64,000 nucleotides of DNA, from contig CBDCTH010000012.1 of NCBI GenBank assembly GCA_965222155.1, positions 448,001-512,000 on the forward strand, written 5' to 3'. Source of the stretch: Gammaproteobacteria bacterium (lineage in GTDB: Bacteria > Pseudomonadota > Gammaproteobacteria > Eutrophobiales > Eutrophobiaceae). The position numbers and the translations under genes are program-made. The first letter of the stretch is position 1, and every line of letters starts with the position of its first letter. The notes under the pieces are model-generated. The model did not search any database. It saw only the letters and a list, made by a program, of their open reading frames with translations, and was not told the origin of the DNA. Positions 49,788-60,320 of this stretch are shown here, in pieces.

Positions 49788-51143
49788 GTGATCAGTATGC
49801 GCTTATCAGCCGCCTGCGCCGCACTGGACGGAAAACTCATCGGAGCAGACAGGGTATTCAGCGGTTGCAGCTATGACAGCCGCACACTGCTGCCCGGTGA
49901 GCTGTTCATCGCCCTGCGCGGGGCGGCGCGCGACGGCCACGATTTCATATCTGTCGCCAGTGCAAAAGGCGCCGGCGCGGCCCTGGTGGACCGGGATGCT
50001 GCCTATCCGCTGCCGGTGATCAAGGTGGATGACACCAGGAAACAATCAGGCCTGCTGGCCGGACACTGGCGCGCCGGGTTCAACCTGCCGATCATTGCCG
50101 TGACGGGCAGCAACGGCAAGACCACGGTCAAGGAAATGATCAATGCCATCCTGTCTATCAATGCGGAGGTCCTGTTCACCCAGGGTAATTTCAACAACGA
50201 CATAGGCGTGCCGTTAACCCTGTTCAGGCTGGCGCGCGGGCAACGTTTTGCCGTTATCGAGATGGGCGCCAATCACCCCGGGGAGATAAGCTGGTTAAGC
50301 CGGATTACCAGACCCGAGGTAGCGCTGATTACCCAGTGCGCCCCTGCCCACCTTGAGGGTTTCGGATCCGTTGCCGGTGTGGCCGAGGCCAAGGCCGAGA
50401 TCTACGAAGGACTTGCGCCCGGCGGTACGGCAGTCGTCAATATTGATGACGACTACTGCGGATTATGGCTTGAGCGTTCCCGCCGGAACCGGCAAATCAC
50501 GTTCGGCATGGGTGCGCAAGCCGACGTGACCGCCGCCAACGTCAACACGGATCTTGCCGGGGGGCGGACCCGGCTTGAACTGGAATTCCGCGCCGGAAAG
50601 GTTTCCATGGAATTAAGTCTTTACGGCAGCCATAACGTGCTAAACGCGCTGGCGGCTGCGGCCTGTTGTATTGCCGTCGATACTCCCCTGGAACAGATTA
50701 AGGCAGGTCTTGAGAAAGTACGGCCCATCAAGGGCAGGATGCAGTTGAAGACCGGGCTGCAGGACACGCGCATTTTTGACGATACCTACAATGCCAATCC
50801 CAATTCCCTGACCGCGGCGCTCAAGGTGGTGCGTGAACTGCCGGGGCGTACCTGGTTGATACTGGGTGACATGGGTGAACTGGGCAGCGACTCTGCCAGA
50901 CTCCACGAAGAGGCCGGCGCTCAGGCCCGGGCGCTTGGTATTGAGCGTCTGTACGGAATTGGTGAACTTGCCATGCATTCGGCCACAGGTTTCGGCGCCG
51001 GCGCCAGACATTTCGGCCTGATGGATGACCTGCTTGAGACCCTGCGCCGGGAACTGCGCCCGGGCGTGAATATACTGGTCAAAGGCTCCCGATCCATGGC
51101 TATGGAGCGGGTAGTCAGCGGGCTGACCGGGGAGGGTGGCTGA
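49788..51143 (+). CDS. murF: UDP-MurNAc-pentapeptide synthetase
   Basis: [29 protein letters not shown]. Confidence 0.96.
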   Translation: MISMRLSAACAALDGKLIGADRVFSGCSYDSRTLLPGELFIALRGAARDGHDFISVASAKGAGAALVDRDAAYPLPVIKVDDTRKQSGLLAGHWRAGFNLPIIAVTGSNGKTTVKEMINAILSINAEVLFTQGNFNNDIGVPLTLFRLARGQRFAVIEMGANHPGEISWLSRITRPEVALITQCAPAHLEGFGSVAGVAEAKAEIYEGLAPGGTAVVNIDDDYCGLWLERSRRNRQITFGMGAQADVTAANVNTDLAGGRTRLELEFRAGKVSMELSLYGSHNVLNALAAAACCIAVDTPLEQIKAGLEKVRPIKGRMQLKTGLQDTRIFDDTYNANPNSLTAALKVVRELPGRTWLILGDMGELGSDSARLHEEAGAQARALGIERLYGIGELAMHSATGFGAGARHFGLMDDLLETLRRELRPGVNILVKGSRSMAMERVVSGLTGEGG

Positions 51144-52225
51144 TGTTATTGTGGCTGGCCGAATATCTCACCCCGTTCTACAGCGGGTTTAATGCATTTC
51201 AGTACATTATCACGCGCACGATTCTGGGCGCTTTGACGGCGTTGTTTGTGACGTTGTTGATCGGGCCGGGACTGATCCGTTACCTGGATAAATACCGGAT
51301 AGGCCAGGAAGTGCGGGATGACGGCCCGGAAACACACCTGCAAAAAGCCGGCACCCCGACTATGGGCGGTCTGCTGATCCTGCTCTCCATTTCCTTCAGT
51401 ATCCTGTGCTGGGCCGACCTTTCGAACCGGTTTGTCCAGGTGGTTTTCGTCGTCATCCTGGCTTTTGGACTGCTCGGCCTGGTGGATGACTATCGCAAGA
51501 TCGTGCGCAAGGACTCCAAGGGGCTCAGCGCGCGCTGGAAGTATTTCTGGCAGTCGGTATTCGGGCTGTCCACTGCCGTGTTCCTCTATGCCAGTGCCGA
51601 AGTACCGGCCGAGACACGCCTGATACTGCCGTTCATCAAATCCTTTGATTATGAACTGGGCTTGTTGTTTATCGTGACGAGCTATTTCGTCATCGTCGGA
51701 TCAAGCAACGCGGTAAACCTCACGGACGGTCTGGACGGACTGGCGATCCTGCCGACCGTCATGGTGGTCGGCGGCCTGACCGCGTTTGCCTACGTGGCCG
51801 GCAATATCAGGTTTGCCGATTATCTCGGTCTTCCCTATGTGCCGCAGGTTGGAGAAATCTGTATCGTCTGCGCCGCCATTGCCGGTTCCGGCCTTGGCTT
51901 TCTCTGGTTTAACACCTACCCCGCCCAGGTGTTCATGGGAGACATCGGCGCTTTGTCACTGGGCGCCGCGCTCGGAACCATTGCAATCGTCATCAGGCAG
52001 GAACTTGTGCTGTTCATCATGGGTGGCGTATTCGTCGTTGAAACGGTTTCCGTCATATTGCAGGTAACGTCATACAAATTGACCGGCAGGAGGATATTTC
52101 GCATGGCGCCGTTGCACCACCACTACGAATTGAAAGGCTGGCCTGAGCCGCGGGTTATCGTACGGTTCTGGATCATCACGGTGATCCTGGTACTGATCGG
52201 GCTGGCGAGCCTGAAGATCAGGTGA
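51143..52225 (+). CDS. mraY: phospho-MurNAc-pentapeptide transferase
   Basis: [24 protein letters not shown]. Confidence 0.98.
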   Translation: MLLWLAEYLTPFYSGFNAFQYIITRTILGALTALFVTLLIGPGLIRYLDKYRIGQEVRDDGPETHLQKAGTPTMGGLLILLSISFSILCWADLSNRFVQVVFVVILAFGLLGLVDDYRKIVRKDSKGLSARWKYFWQSVFGLSTAVFLYASAEVPAETRLILPFIKSFDYELGLLFIVTSYFVIVGSSNAVNLTDGLDGLAILPTVMVVGGLTAFAYVAGNIRFADYLGLPYVPQVGEICIVCAAIAGSGLGFLWFNTYPAQVFMGDIGALSLGAALGTIAIVIRQELVLFIMGGVFVVETVSVILQVTSYKLTGRRIFRMAPLHHHYELKGWPEPRVIVRFWIITVILVLIGLASLKIR

Positions 52226-52246
52226 CGGAGGATTGAGTGTTAATAC

Positions 52247-53653
52247 ATGAGCTTGACAAAGATGCAGGCTGTACCTGATCCGGGTAACCACGGCATGAGT
52301 GAAATTGCACAACGGTTCGACACGCTGGTGTTAGGCCTGGGCAAGACCGGCTTATCCTGTGTCAGGTACCTGGCGGGTAGCGAGGAAAACCTGGGAGTCG
52401 CTGACTCCGGCCAGACCCCGCCTGAACTTGACAACCTGAAGCAACTCTATCCACAGGTGCCGTTCTTCCCTGGCGAATTTCAGTCCGACCTGCTGCGCCG
52501 GGCGCACAGGCTGATTATCAGTCCGGGTATATCTCCGGCCGATCCGGCAATCCGCGCGGCGCGCCGGGCAGGGGTGGAAATCCTGGGCGACGTAGAAATT
52601 TTCTGCCGCAATATCAACGCGCCGCTTATTGCAGTAACCGGTTCCAACGGCAAGAGCACGGTTGTCAGTTTACTTGCACGGATGCTCAGGCGCGCGGGTC
52701 TGCGGGTGGGCCTGGGGGGGAATATCGGCACGCCGGCGCTGGATTTACTGTCACAGCCTGCGCCTGATTATTATGTATTGGAATTATCCAGTTTCCAGTT
52801 GGAGACCCTGCGCTGTCACAGGCCCGTTGCCGCGACGGTACTCAACATATCGGCCGATCACCTTGACCGCTACGAGGATCTGCGGGACTACGCGCGCGCC
52901 AAGGAAAATATCTATGCCGGCGGCGGCGCGATGATCATCAATCGGGATGATGAGGCCGTACTGGGCATGTTACGCCCGGAGCGCGAGGTGGTCAGCTATT
53001 CCCTGAAGCGGCCTGAAGCCGATTTCAGCGTCAGCAGCCGGAATGGAGAAAACTGGTTGATGTATAAACAGGATGCGTTGATAAAGCAATCGGAACTCAA
53101 GATCTACGGCATGCATAACCTGGCAAATATCCTGGCGTGCCTTGCGCTGGGCAGGTCAATAGACCTGCCCATGCCCGCCATGCTGGGGGCGTTGCGGGAT
53201 TTTACCGGGTTACCCCATCGCTGTGAGTGGGTGGCCGGGATCAACGGGGTCAACTGGTTTAATGATTCAAAAGCGACAAATGTCGGCGCCACGCTGGCCG
53301 CGCTGTACGGCTTGGCGGATAAACGCAGGAACATACACCTGATTGCCGGTGGCGACGGCAAGGGCGCAGATTTTTCAGCGCTGCGGAGTGCATTTGAGAA
53401 GCACGTCAGGTCAATCATATTGCTTGGCAACAGCGCAAAAGAAATTGCCGGCATTGTCCCGGACTGGGAAACCGTATATTACGCGACCAGCATGGCGGCA
53501 GCGGTGAGCACCGCATTCCGGCTTGCGCAGCCGGGAGATACGGTATTGCTGTCGCCCGCTTGCGCCAGTTTCGATATGTTCAGGGATTTCGCTGATCGGG
53601 GTGACGCGTTTAAACGCTGTGTTGCCGGGATTTTACCGGGAGCCGGAAACTGA
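52247..53653 (+). CDS. murD: UDP-MurNAc-L-Ala:D-Glu ligase (start may be 52295)
   Basis: GSNGKST, ELSSFQLE, NDSKATN, SPACASFD. Confidence 0.96.
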   Translation: MSLTKMQAVPDPGNHGMSEIAQRFDTLVLGLGKTGLSCVRYLAGSEENLGVADSGQTPPELDNLKQLYPQVPFFPGEFQSDLLRRAHRLIISPGISPADPAIRAARRAGVEILGDVEIFCRNINAPLIAVTGSNGKSTVVSLLARMLRRAGLRVGLGGNIGTPALDLLSQPAPDYYVLELSSFQLETLRCHRPVAATVLNISADHLDRYEDLRDYARAKENIYAGGGAMIINRDDEAVLGMLRPEREVVSYSLKRPEADFSVSSRNGENWLMYKQDALIKQSELKIYGMHNLANILACLALGRSIDLPMPAMLGALRDFTGLPHRCEWVAGINGVNWFNDSKATNVGATLAALYGLADKRRNIHLIAGGDGKGADFSALRSAFEKHVRSIILLGNSAKEIAGIVPDWETVYYATSMAAAVSTAFRLAQPGDTVLLSPACASFDMFRDFADRGDAFKRCVAGILPGAGN

Positions 53654-54843
53654 TGCAGAAACTACAGGCAATCAGGGTTCAGGATGTAAAAACAGCAAGC
53701 TGGCACGAACATGACCCGTGGCTGATTTTGGTCCTCATGTTCCTGCTGGTTGCGGGAATCGTGATGGTTGCGTCCGCCTCCGTTGCCCTCGCCGAACGGC
53801 TGCACCATGATCCGTTCTACTATTTCCGCCGCCAGGTTATCGCCGTTGTGATCGGCCTGGCGTTTGCCGGTCTTATTATGAAAACCCCGGTGTCCATATG
53901 GGAGAAGATGAGCACGCCGTTGTTGTTCGCGGCCATCATGTTGCTCGTGCTGGTATTGATTCCCGGGATAGGCCGGGAGGTCAACGGCAGCGTGCGCTGG
54001 ATCAGGCTGGGTCCCGTTAATTTTCAGAGTTCGGAACTGGCCAAGGTCTGTATTATTACCTATACCGCCGCGTACCTGGTACGTCATGCCGGCCATTTAC
54101 ACCTGACTTTTACCGGCTTTATGCGGCCCATCGGAATCGTGACGCTCATCTCGGGCCTGTTGCTGCTGGAGCCGGACTACGGCTCGGTCATCGTGATCTT
54201 CCTGACGACAATCGGTATGTTGTTCATGGCGGGTATTCCGGTAGGCCGTTTCTTTCTGTGGATACCGGTGATGGTTGCCGCATTGGGCGCGCTGGCGGTT
54301 TTTCCCTCCTATCGCATGGCCAGGTTGAAGGCGTTTATCGACCCGTGGCAGGACCCGTTCAATTCAGGCTATCAGCTTATCCAGTCACTGATCGCATTCG
54401 GCAGGGGCGAGTGGTTCGGGGTCGGCCTGGGCAGCAGCGTGCAGAAACTGTTTTATCTGACACAGGCCCATACGGACTTTATTTTTGCCATTTCCGCAGA
54501 AGAACTGGGCCTGTTGTTCACCCTGCTGGTTACGCTGGCGTTTTTCGTCTTCGTCTGGCGCGCGTTCAGTATTGCCGGGTACGCCTACCAACTGGGGAAA
54601 AACTTTGCCGCGTACATGGCCTACGGTATCGGTCTGCTCATCGGCATACAGGCGTTTATCCACATGGGCGTGAACGTGGGCTTATTGCCCACCAAGGGAC
54701 TGACCCTGCCCTTGTTCAGTTATGGCGCCAACAGCATTGTCTTCAGTTGTATCCTGGTGGCAATCCTGTTGCGCATTGATTTGGAAAACCGTTATCCCCG
54801 GGGTATCAGGATACGCAGACAGGTGGTAGACCATGAAGGCTAA
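53653..54843 (+). CDS. ftsW: SEDS glycosyltransferase FtsW
   Basis: Q.SELAK, GYQLIQSL, HTDFIF, PTKGLTLP. Confidence 0.96.
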   Translation: MQKLQAIRVQDVKTASWHEHDPWLILVLMFLLVAGIVMVASASVALAERLHHDPFYYFRRQVIAVVIGLAFAGLIMKTPVSIWEKMSTPLLFAAIMLLVLVLIPGIGREVNGSVRWIRLGPVNFQSSELAKVCIITYTAAYLVRHAGHLHLTFTGFMRPIGIVTLISGLLLLEPDYGSVIVIFLTTIGMLFMAGIPVGRFFLWIPVMVAALGALAVFPSYRMARLKAFIDPWQDPFNSGYQLIQSLIAFGRGEWFGVGLGSSVQKLFYLTQAHTDFIFAISAEELGLLFTLLVTLAFFVFVWRAFSIAGYAYQLGKNFAAYMAYGIGLLIGIQAFIHMGVNVGLLPTKGLTLPLFSYGANSIVFSCILVAILLRIDLENRYPRGIRIRRQVVDHEG

Positions 54844-55912
54844 CCCGATCATGATCATGGCGGGGGGGACCGGCGGACATGTTTACCCGGCGCTGGCAGT
54901 GGTTGATTACCTGCGCGCACAGGACATACCACTGTTCTGGCTGGGAACGCCGCGCGGGATCGAGAACCGGGTTGTGCCGGAACAGGGAATAGAACTGTTG
55001 ACCGTCAGGGTGAGCGGGGTACGCGGCAAGGCAATTTCAAGCAAGCTGGTTGCGCCACTGAAAATACTGATAGCGATACTCCAGGCCCTGTCCATTTGTA
55101 TTCGGCGGCGGCCGGCGGCGGTCCTCGGAATGGGCGGGTTCGCCAGCGGTCCCGGCGCTATTGCAGCGTGGTTGTTACGCATCCCGTTATTGATCCATGA
55201 ACAGAACAAGGTCGCCGGTACGACCAACAGGATACTGTCCCGGTTCGCCGTGAAGGTGATGCAGGGGTTTCCGGATACTTTCAAGGCCGGCGCCAGGGTT
55301 GTTACCACGGGCAATCCCGTGCGGCGCGAGATCGTGGGACTGCCCGGACCGAAAATCGCCGGGACGCCGAACCGGCCTAATGTCCTGGTGCTGGGCGGTA
55401 GCCTGGGCGCGCAACAACTGAACCGGGTTGTGCCCCTGGGCCTGAACAGGTTGCAACGCAGGTTAAAGGTAAACGTCTGGCATCAATGCGGAGAGAAAAA
55501 CCAGATTGAGACGCAGCGTCTCTATGGGGGTCTGCAACTGGACGAGGTCAGGATCGATGCGTTTATTACCGATATGGCATCAGCCTACCGCTGGGCGGAT
55601 ATCGCCGTGTGCCGGGCCGGCGCGCTGACGATTGCGGAATTATGCGCGGCGGGACTGGCATCGATACTGATACCGTTTCCCCACGCCATAGATGACCATC
55701 AGACAGCCAATGCCCGTTACCTCAGTGACTCCGGCGCCGCGCTACTGCTCCCGGAAACTGAATTGACCAAAGCCAGGATCGAGGACTTGTTGTGGCAGCT
55801 TTGCAGCACGGAGAACAAACTGTTCGAGCTGGCGCAAAAAACCCGGCTGCATGCCTATCCGGATGCCGCGCAGGCAGTAGCTTCATTGTGCCTGGAGCAA
55901 GCTTATGCCTGA
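54833..55912 (+). CDS. murG: lipid II GlcNAc transferase
   Basis: GGTGGHVYP, GGSLGA, RAGALT, DDHQTANA. Confidence 0.97.
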   Translation: MKANPIMIMAGGTGGHVYPALAVVDYLRAQDIPLFWLGTPRGIENRVVPEQGIELLTVRVSGVRGKAISSKLVAPLKILIAILQALSICIRRRPAAVLGMGGFASGPGAIAAWLLRIPLLIHEQNKVAGTTNRILSRFAVKVMQGFPDTFKAGARVVTTGNPVRREIVGLPGPKIAGTPNRPNVLVLGGSLGAQQLNRVVPLGLNRLQRRLKVNVWHQCGEKNQIETQRLYGGLQLDEVRIDAFITDMASAYRWADIAVCRAGALTIAELCAAGLASILIPFPHAIDDHQTANARYLSDSGAALLLPETELTKARIEDLLWQLCSTENKLFELAQKTRLHAYPDAAQAVASLCLEQAYA

Positions 55913-57335
55913 TGGGCACAACATGGGTCGCGTCAGGCATATCCATTTTGTCGGTATTGGCGGAGCCGGCATGAGCGGGATAGCCGAAGTCCTGCATAAC
56001 CTGGGCTATACGGTGTCAGGCACGGACCTGAAGCAGGGCAACAGCACGGAACGGCTTGCAGACATGGGTGTCGAGGTGCGCTTTGAACACGAAGCGGAAT
56101 GTGTGAACGGCAGCGACGTGGTTGTTTATTCAAGCGCGATCCCGGCAGACAATCCGGAGTTGTCGGCAGCGCGCCGACAACGCATACCGATCATCCCGCG
56201 GGCCGAGATGCTGTCTGAACTGATGCGTTTCAGGGAAGGGGTTGCGGTAGCCGGCACCCACGGCAAGACGACAACAACCAGCCTGATCGCCAGCCTGCTG
56301 GCGGAAGGCATGTTCGACCCGACCTATATCATCGGTGGGCGCTTGAACATGACAGGTTCCCATGCCCGGCTCGGCAAGGGGAAATACATGGTAGCCGAGG
56401 CGGATGAGAGTGATGCCTCCTTCCTGCACCTGCAACCTGTCTATGCCGTGCTGACGAATATCGATGCCGATCACCTGGAGTACTGTGGCGGCAGTTACCA
56501 GGCGTTGCAAAACAACTTTATAGACTTCCTGCACTGCCTGCCGTTTTACGGTCTGGTGGTCATCTGCAGCGATGACGCCGGTATCCGCGGTATCGTCACC
56601 CGCATAAACCGGCCTTATGTCACCTATGGGATTGATTCCGACGCGGATTACCGGGCGGAAGCGATTCAATATGACGGGCCGACAACCCGGTTCAACATAG
56701 TGCGCCGCAACCAGGATGACGCGTTCCGGGTAACGCTGAACCTGCCGGGCCGGCATAACGTCCTGAATGCCCTGGCGGCAGTGGCGCTGGCTATCGAACT
56801 GGGCGTGTCGGAACAGGCAATAAGCGCCGGATTGGCAAACTTCCAGGGCATAGACCGCAGGAGTTCGATCCTGGGTGATATCCATATCGACGGCAAGACC
56901 GTATTGCTTATCGACGATTATGCCCACCACCCCAGTGAAATAGCCGCTATCAATAATGCTCTTGCTGACGGTTGGCCCGGCAGGAAAGTGGTCGTCGTGT
57001 TTCAACCGCACCGGTATACCCGTACCCGGGATCTTTTCGAAGAGTTCTGCCAGATATTGTCGGAACTCGACAGCTTGATTCTGCTTGACGTCTATCCCGC
57101 CGGGGAGCGCCCCATCAAGGGCGCCGACAGCCGTTCCCTGAGCCGGGCGCTCAGGGTCAGGGGCAAGGTGGAGCCTATTCTCGTCAACAATGAAACGGAA
57201 TTGCTGGCCGTGCTGGAAAACCTTACGGCGCAGAACGATATCCTGTTGCTGCTGGGCGCAGGAGATATCAGCGCCCTCGGTAGCCGGTTGCTCGACGTGT
57301 ACGGCACCAGCCCACATTTCTCACCAGATCGCTAG
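55905..57335 (+). CDS. murC: UDP-MurNAc:L-Ala ligase (C-terminus supplied by element A)
   Basis: GIGGAGMSG, GTHGKTTT, EADESD, DDYAHHP. Confidence 0.97.
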   Translation: MPDGHNMGRVRHIHFVGIGGAGMSGIAEVLHNLGYTVSGTDLKQGNSTERLADMGVEVRFEHEAECVNGSDVVVYSSAIPADNPELSAARRQRIPIIPRAEMLSELMRFREGVAVAGTHGKTTTTSLIASLLAEGMFDPTYIIGGRLNMTGSHARLGKGKYMVAEADESDASFLHLQPVYAVLTNIDADHLEYCGGSYQALQNNFIDFLHCLPFYGLVVICSDDAGIRGIVTRINRPYVTYGIDSDADYRAEAIQYDGPTTRFNIVRRNQDDAFRVTLNLPGRHNVLNALAAVALAIELGVSEQAISAGLANFQGIDRRSSILGDIHIDGKTVLLIDDYAHHPSEIAAINNALADGWPGRKVVVVFQPHRYTRTRDLFEEFCQILSELDSLILLDVYPAGERPIKGADSRSLSRALRVRGKVEPILVNNETELLAVLENLTAQNDILLLLGAGDISALGSRLLDVYGTSPHFSPDR

Positions 57336-57646
57336 TTGCCCTCCGATAATTTATTGCTATCAATACATAATGATAATTCACTTACTATATAGACATTACA
57401 GACTGCGCTTGATGCGTTCATTGCATCCATCCCTGGACGCAACCCTACGGGCGGCTATCGCCGTGCAAATCGGCTGTCCTGCCGATTTGTCTCGCTTGTC
57501 TTTTTCCCGCCAACGGGTACGTGCTCCCTCAACCAGAGTCCCAGCTATGCTTTCGGTCCCCGTATCAAGTACGGGGCAGACTCCGGCACCCGTTGGTGGG
57601 AAAAATCCTGCGCGATCATCGCATCACCTGATGAGAAATGCGGGCT
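57309..57646. mobile_element. element A between murC and murB with nested modules B and C
   Basis: TIR agcccacatttctcaccag / ctgatgagaaatgcgggct. Module B at 57420-57491, module C at 57558-57582. Confidence 0.9.
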
Positions 57647-57660
57647 TCGGGGCGATTGAG

Positions 57661-58584
57661 ATGCTTATGGAAACTGTTTCGACACGCCTGAACAGCCGGC
57701 CTGAGAAAGCGCCGGGGCGCGGCCTGCTCAAAACAGGCGAGAAGATGTCCAGGCATACTTCATGGAAAGTCGGCGGACCGGCAGACCGGTTTTATGTCCC
57801 TGCCGATGAGGACGACCTGGCCGGCTTCCTCGCGGCACTGGCGGATGACGAACCTGTTACCTGGATTGGCCTGGGCAGTAACGTACTGGTACGGGACGGC
57901 GGTATCAGGGGGACGGTCATTTCAACAGCCGGCATGAAGCAAAGGCTTGAGTTGATTCCCGACAACGCAGTACGGGCGGGCTGTGGCGTGGCTTGCGCAA
58001 AAATCGCCCGGTTCAGCGCCGGGGCCGGATTGGCCGGCGCTGAATTCCTGGCGGGTATCCCGGGTTCAGTGGGGGGTGCGCTGGTCATGAATGCCGGCGC
58101 CTTCGGCGTCGAGACCTGGAGCATCGTCGAACAGGTGGAAACGGTTACGCGTAACGGCAGGCGGGTTCAAAGACCGGGCGCTGACTTTGCAACCGGTTAC
58201 CGCCAGGTCGACCTGGCGGATGGCGAATGGTTCGTCAGCGCGCTGTTGCGGCTTCAAGCCGATGCTGACGGAAAAGCGCAGCAGCGTATCAGGGAATTGC
58301 TGGCCAGAAGAACTGAAACCCAGCCGACCGGGAAGTTCAGTTGCGGCTCCGTATTCAAGAATCCCGCGGGTGATTTCGCCGGGCGCCTGATCGAGCAGTG
58401 CGGTTTGAAAGGCTTTGCCGTTGGCGATGCCCATGTGTCGGACAAACATGCGAACTTTATCATCAATGCCGGCAAGGCGCGCGCAGGGGATATCGAGGCC
58501 CTGATATTACACATACAGGCAACCGTTAAGGAGATGACGGGTATCAGATTAATCCCGGAAGTAAGAATCATCGGTGCATCATAG
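57661..58584 (+). CDS. murB: UDP-GlcNAc-enolpyruvate reductase
   Basis: HTSWKVGGPA, GLGSNVL, GIPGSVGGA, GSVFKNP, KHANF. Confidence 0.95.
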   Translation: MLMETVSTRLNSRPEKAPGRGLLKTGEKMSRHTSWKVGGPADRFYVPADEDDLAGFLAALADDEPVTWIGLGSNVLVRDGGIRGTVISTAGMKQRLELIPDNAVRAGCGVACAKIARFSAGAGLAGAEFLAGIPGSVGGALVMNAGAFGVETWSIVEQVETVTRNGRRVQRPGADFATGYRQVDLADGEWFVSALLRLQADADGKAQQRIRELLARRTETQPTGKFSCGSVFKNPAGDFAGRLIEQCGLKGFAVGDAHVSDKHANFIINAGKARAGDIEALILHIQATVKEMTGIRLIPEVRIIGAS

Positions 58585-58603
58585 AAAAGGTACGGACTCG
58601 GAC

Positions 58604-59566
58604 ATGCACACAAAAAGCAGGCAATACGGCAAGGTCGCCGTGTTGATGGGAGGACGCTCGGCAGAGCGGGAAATATCCCTGCAGACTGGCGCGGCGATCC
58701 TGGCGGCCCTGCGTCGGCAAGGTGTGGATGCATGGAAAATCGACGCGGGTGAGAACGTGGTAAGCGACCTGATCGGAGCCGGTTTTGCGCGTGTCTTCGT
58801 CGCATTGCACGGGCGCGGTGGTGAAGATGGCGTCATCCAGGGCGCCCTCGAATCCCTGAACCTGCCCTATACGGGAAGCCGCGTACTGGGTTCGGCCGTA
58901 TCCATGGACAAGGTGAGGTGTAAATGGATCTGGCAGAACCAGGGCCTGCCGACCCCGGAATTCAAGCTGATCCGCGCTGTGCAAGACCTGGAAACCGTAG
59001 CCGAAGAGCTCGGTCTGCCGCTCATGATGAAACCGGTGCATGAAGGTTCCAGTTATGGCGCCGCAAAAGTGGTTACTGCGCAAGGATTGCATGGGGCCTG
59101 GCTGAACGCGGTCGAATACGACAGCGAAGTAATGTGCGAACGCTGGATCGGCGGCGGCGATTACACCGTGGGTATATTGAACGGGTATGCCCTGCCCGCA
59201 ATTAAAATAGAGACGGAGCGGGATTTTTATGACTACCAGGCGAAGTACCTGGACGATACTACCCGTTATCTCTGTCCCTGCGGTCTGCCGCAGGAGCTGG
59301 AAAAAGACCTGGCCGACCTGGCGCTGAAGGCGTTCGATTCAATCGGCGCCGGCGGCTGGGGCAGGGTTGATTTTTTACTGGATGAAAACCGCAGTCCTTA
59401 CCTGATCGACGTGAATACGGTCCCCGGTATGACCGGTCATAGCCTGGTGCCCATGGCGGCGCGACAAGTGGGAATAGATTTCGACAGCCTGGTCCTGCAG
59501 GTGCTGAATACGAGCATGTCGGAGAATGAACCGGCCGGTGTGGGGGCGCAATATGCAAATCGGTAA
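58604..59566 (+). CDS. ddl: D-alanine--D-alanine ligase
   Basis: GGRSAEREISL, LHGRGGEDG, YDYQAKY, NTVPGMT. Confidence 0.96.
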   Translation: MHTKSRQYGKVAVLMGGRSAEREISLQTGAAILAALRRQGVDAWKIDAGENVVSDLIGAGFARVFVALHGRGGEDGVIQGALESLNLPYTGSRVLGSAVSMDKVRCKWIWQNQGLPTPEFKLIRAVQDLETVAEELGLPLMMKPVHEGSSYGAAKVVTAQGLHGAWLNAVEYDSEVMCERWIGGGDYTVGILNGYALPAIKIETERDFYDYQAKYLDDTTRYLCPCGLPQELEKDLADLALKAFDSIGAGGWGRVDFLLDENRSPYLIDVNTVPGMTGHSLVPMAARQVGIDFDSLVLQVLNTSMSENEPAGVGAQYANR

Positions 59567-60314
59567 TGATGTGATGACCGGCGCTGATTTGGCCGTTGCG
59601 CATTCGCAAAAATATCTCACCGGGATATTGACGCTGGCCGTGTGTATAGCGCTGGTGCTGTTTGCCTGGTCGAAAATTCCCTGGTCGGGATTCCTGCCGA
59701 TTAAACGCGTGGAGATTGCCGGAAATTTCGTCCACTTGTCTCCTGCTGAACTGGAACAACAGGCAGCGGAGATTATCCGGGGTGGTTTTATTACCGTGAA
59801 CGTCGCCGGCATAAAGCGGGAATTACTCCGGGAAGAATGGATCAGCGAGGTCGTGGTCAGACGGGTCTGGCCGGACAGCCTGATGATTTTTATTACGGAA
59901 CATGAACCCGTGGCCCTGTGGGGCAGTAACGCCCTGATCAGCAACGAGGCAGGCATTTTCTCTCCGGCACAGGATTCCTTCCCTCCGGGGCTGCCGTTCC
60001 TGAGTGGACCTCAGGGTAGTGAAGAGGCGGTGTTGAAGAAATACGAGTTTCTGAAAACGGAATTATCGCGCCGGGATATGGAAATCGACATGCTTGTGCT
60101 GACCGAAAGAAGGGCCTGGCAATTCAAATTGGCAGGCGGCCCAGTCGTCTTGCTGGGGAGAAAAGATGTGGAAGACAGGTTTAAACGGTTTTTCAGTTTT
60201 GCAATCCCGTATCAGGCTGACAGGTTGATGCAGGCAAAATCGATTGATATGAGATATACGAACGGGTTTGCGGTCAAATGGATCAAGGAATCCAAATTTA
60301 TTGTTTCCAGGTGA
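59553..60314 (+). CDS. ftsQ: cell division protein FtsQ
   Basis: TM helix, POTRA domain (VRRVWPD), IDMRYTNGFAV. Confidence 0.93.
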   Translation: MQIGNDVMTGADLAVAHSQKYLTGILTLAVCIALVLFAWSKIPWSGFLPIKRVEIAGNFVHLSPAELEQQAAEIIRGGFITVNVAGIKRELLREEWISEVVVRRVWPDSLMIFITEHEPVALWGSNALISNEAGIFSPAQDSFPPGLPFLSGPQGSEEAVLKKYEFLKTELSRRDMEIDMLVLTERRAWQFKLAGGPVVLLGRKDVEDRFKRFFSFAIPYQADRLMQAKSIDMRYTNGFAVKWIKESKFIVSR

Positions 60315-60320
60315 GAGGAG

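Noticed and set aside
57661-58584. murB located inside the dcw cluster as a novelty
   Set aside because: The murC-murB-ddl order is known in many proteobacteria.
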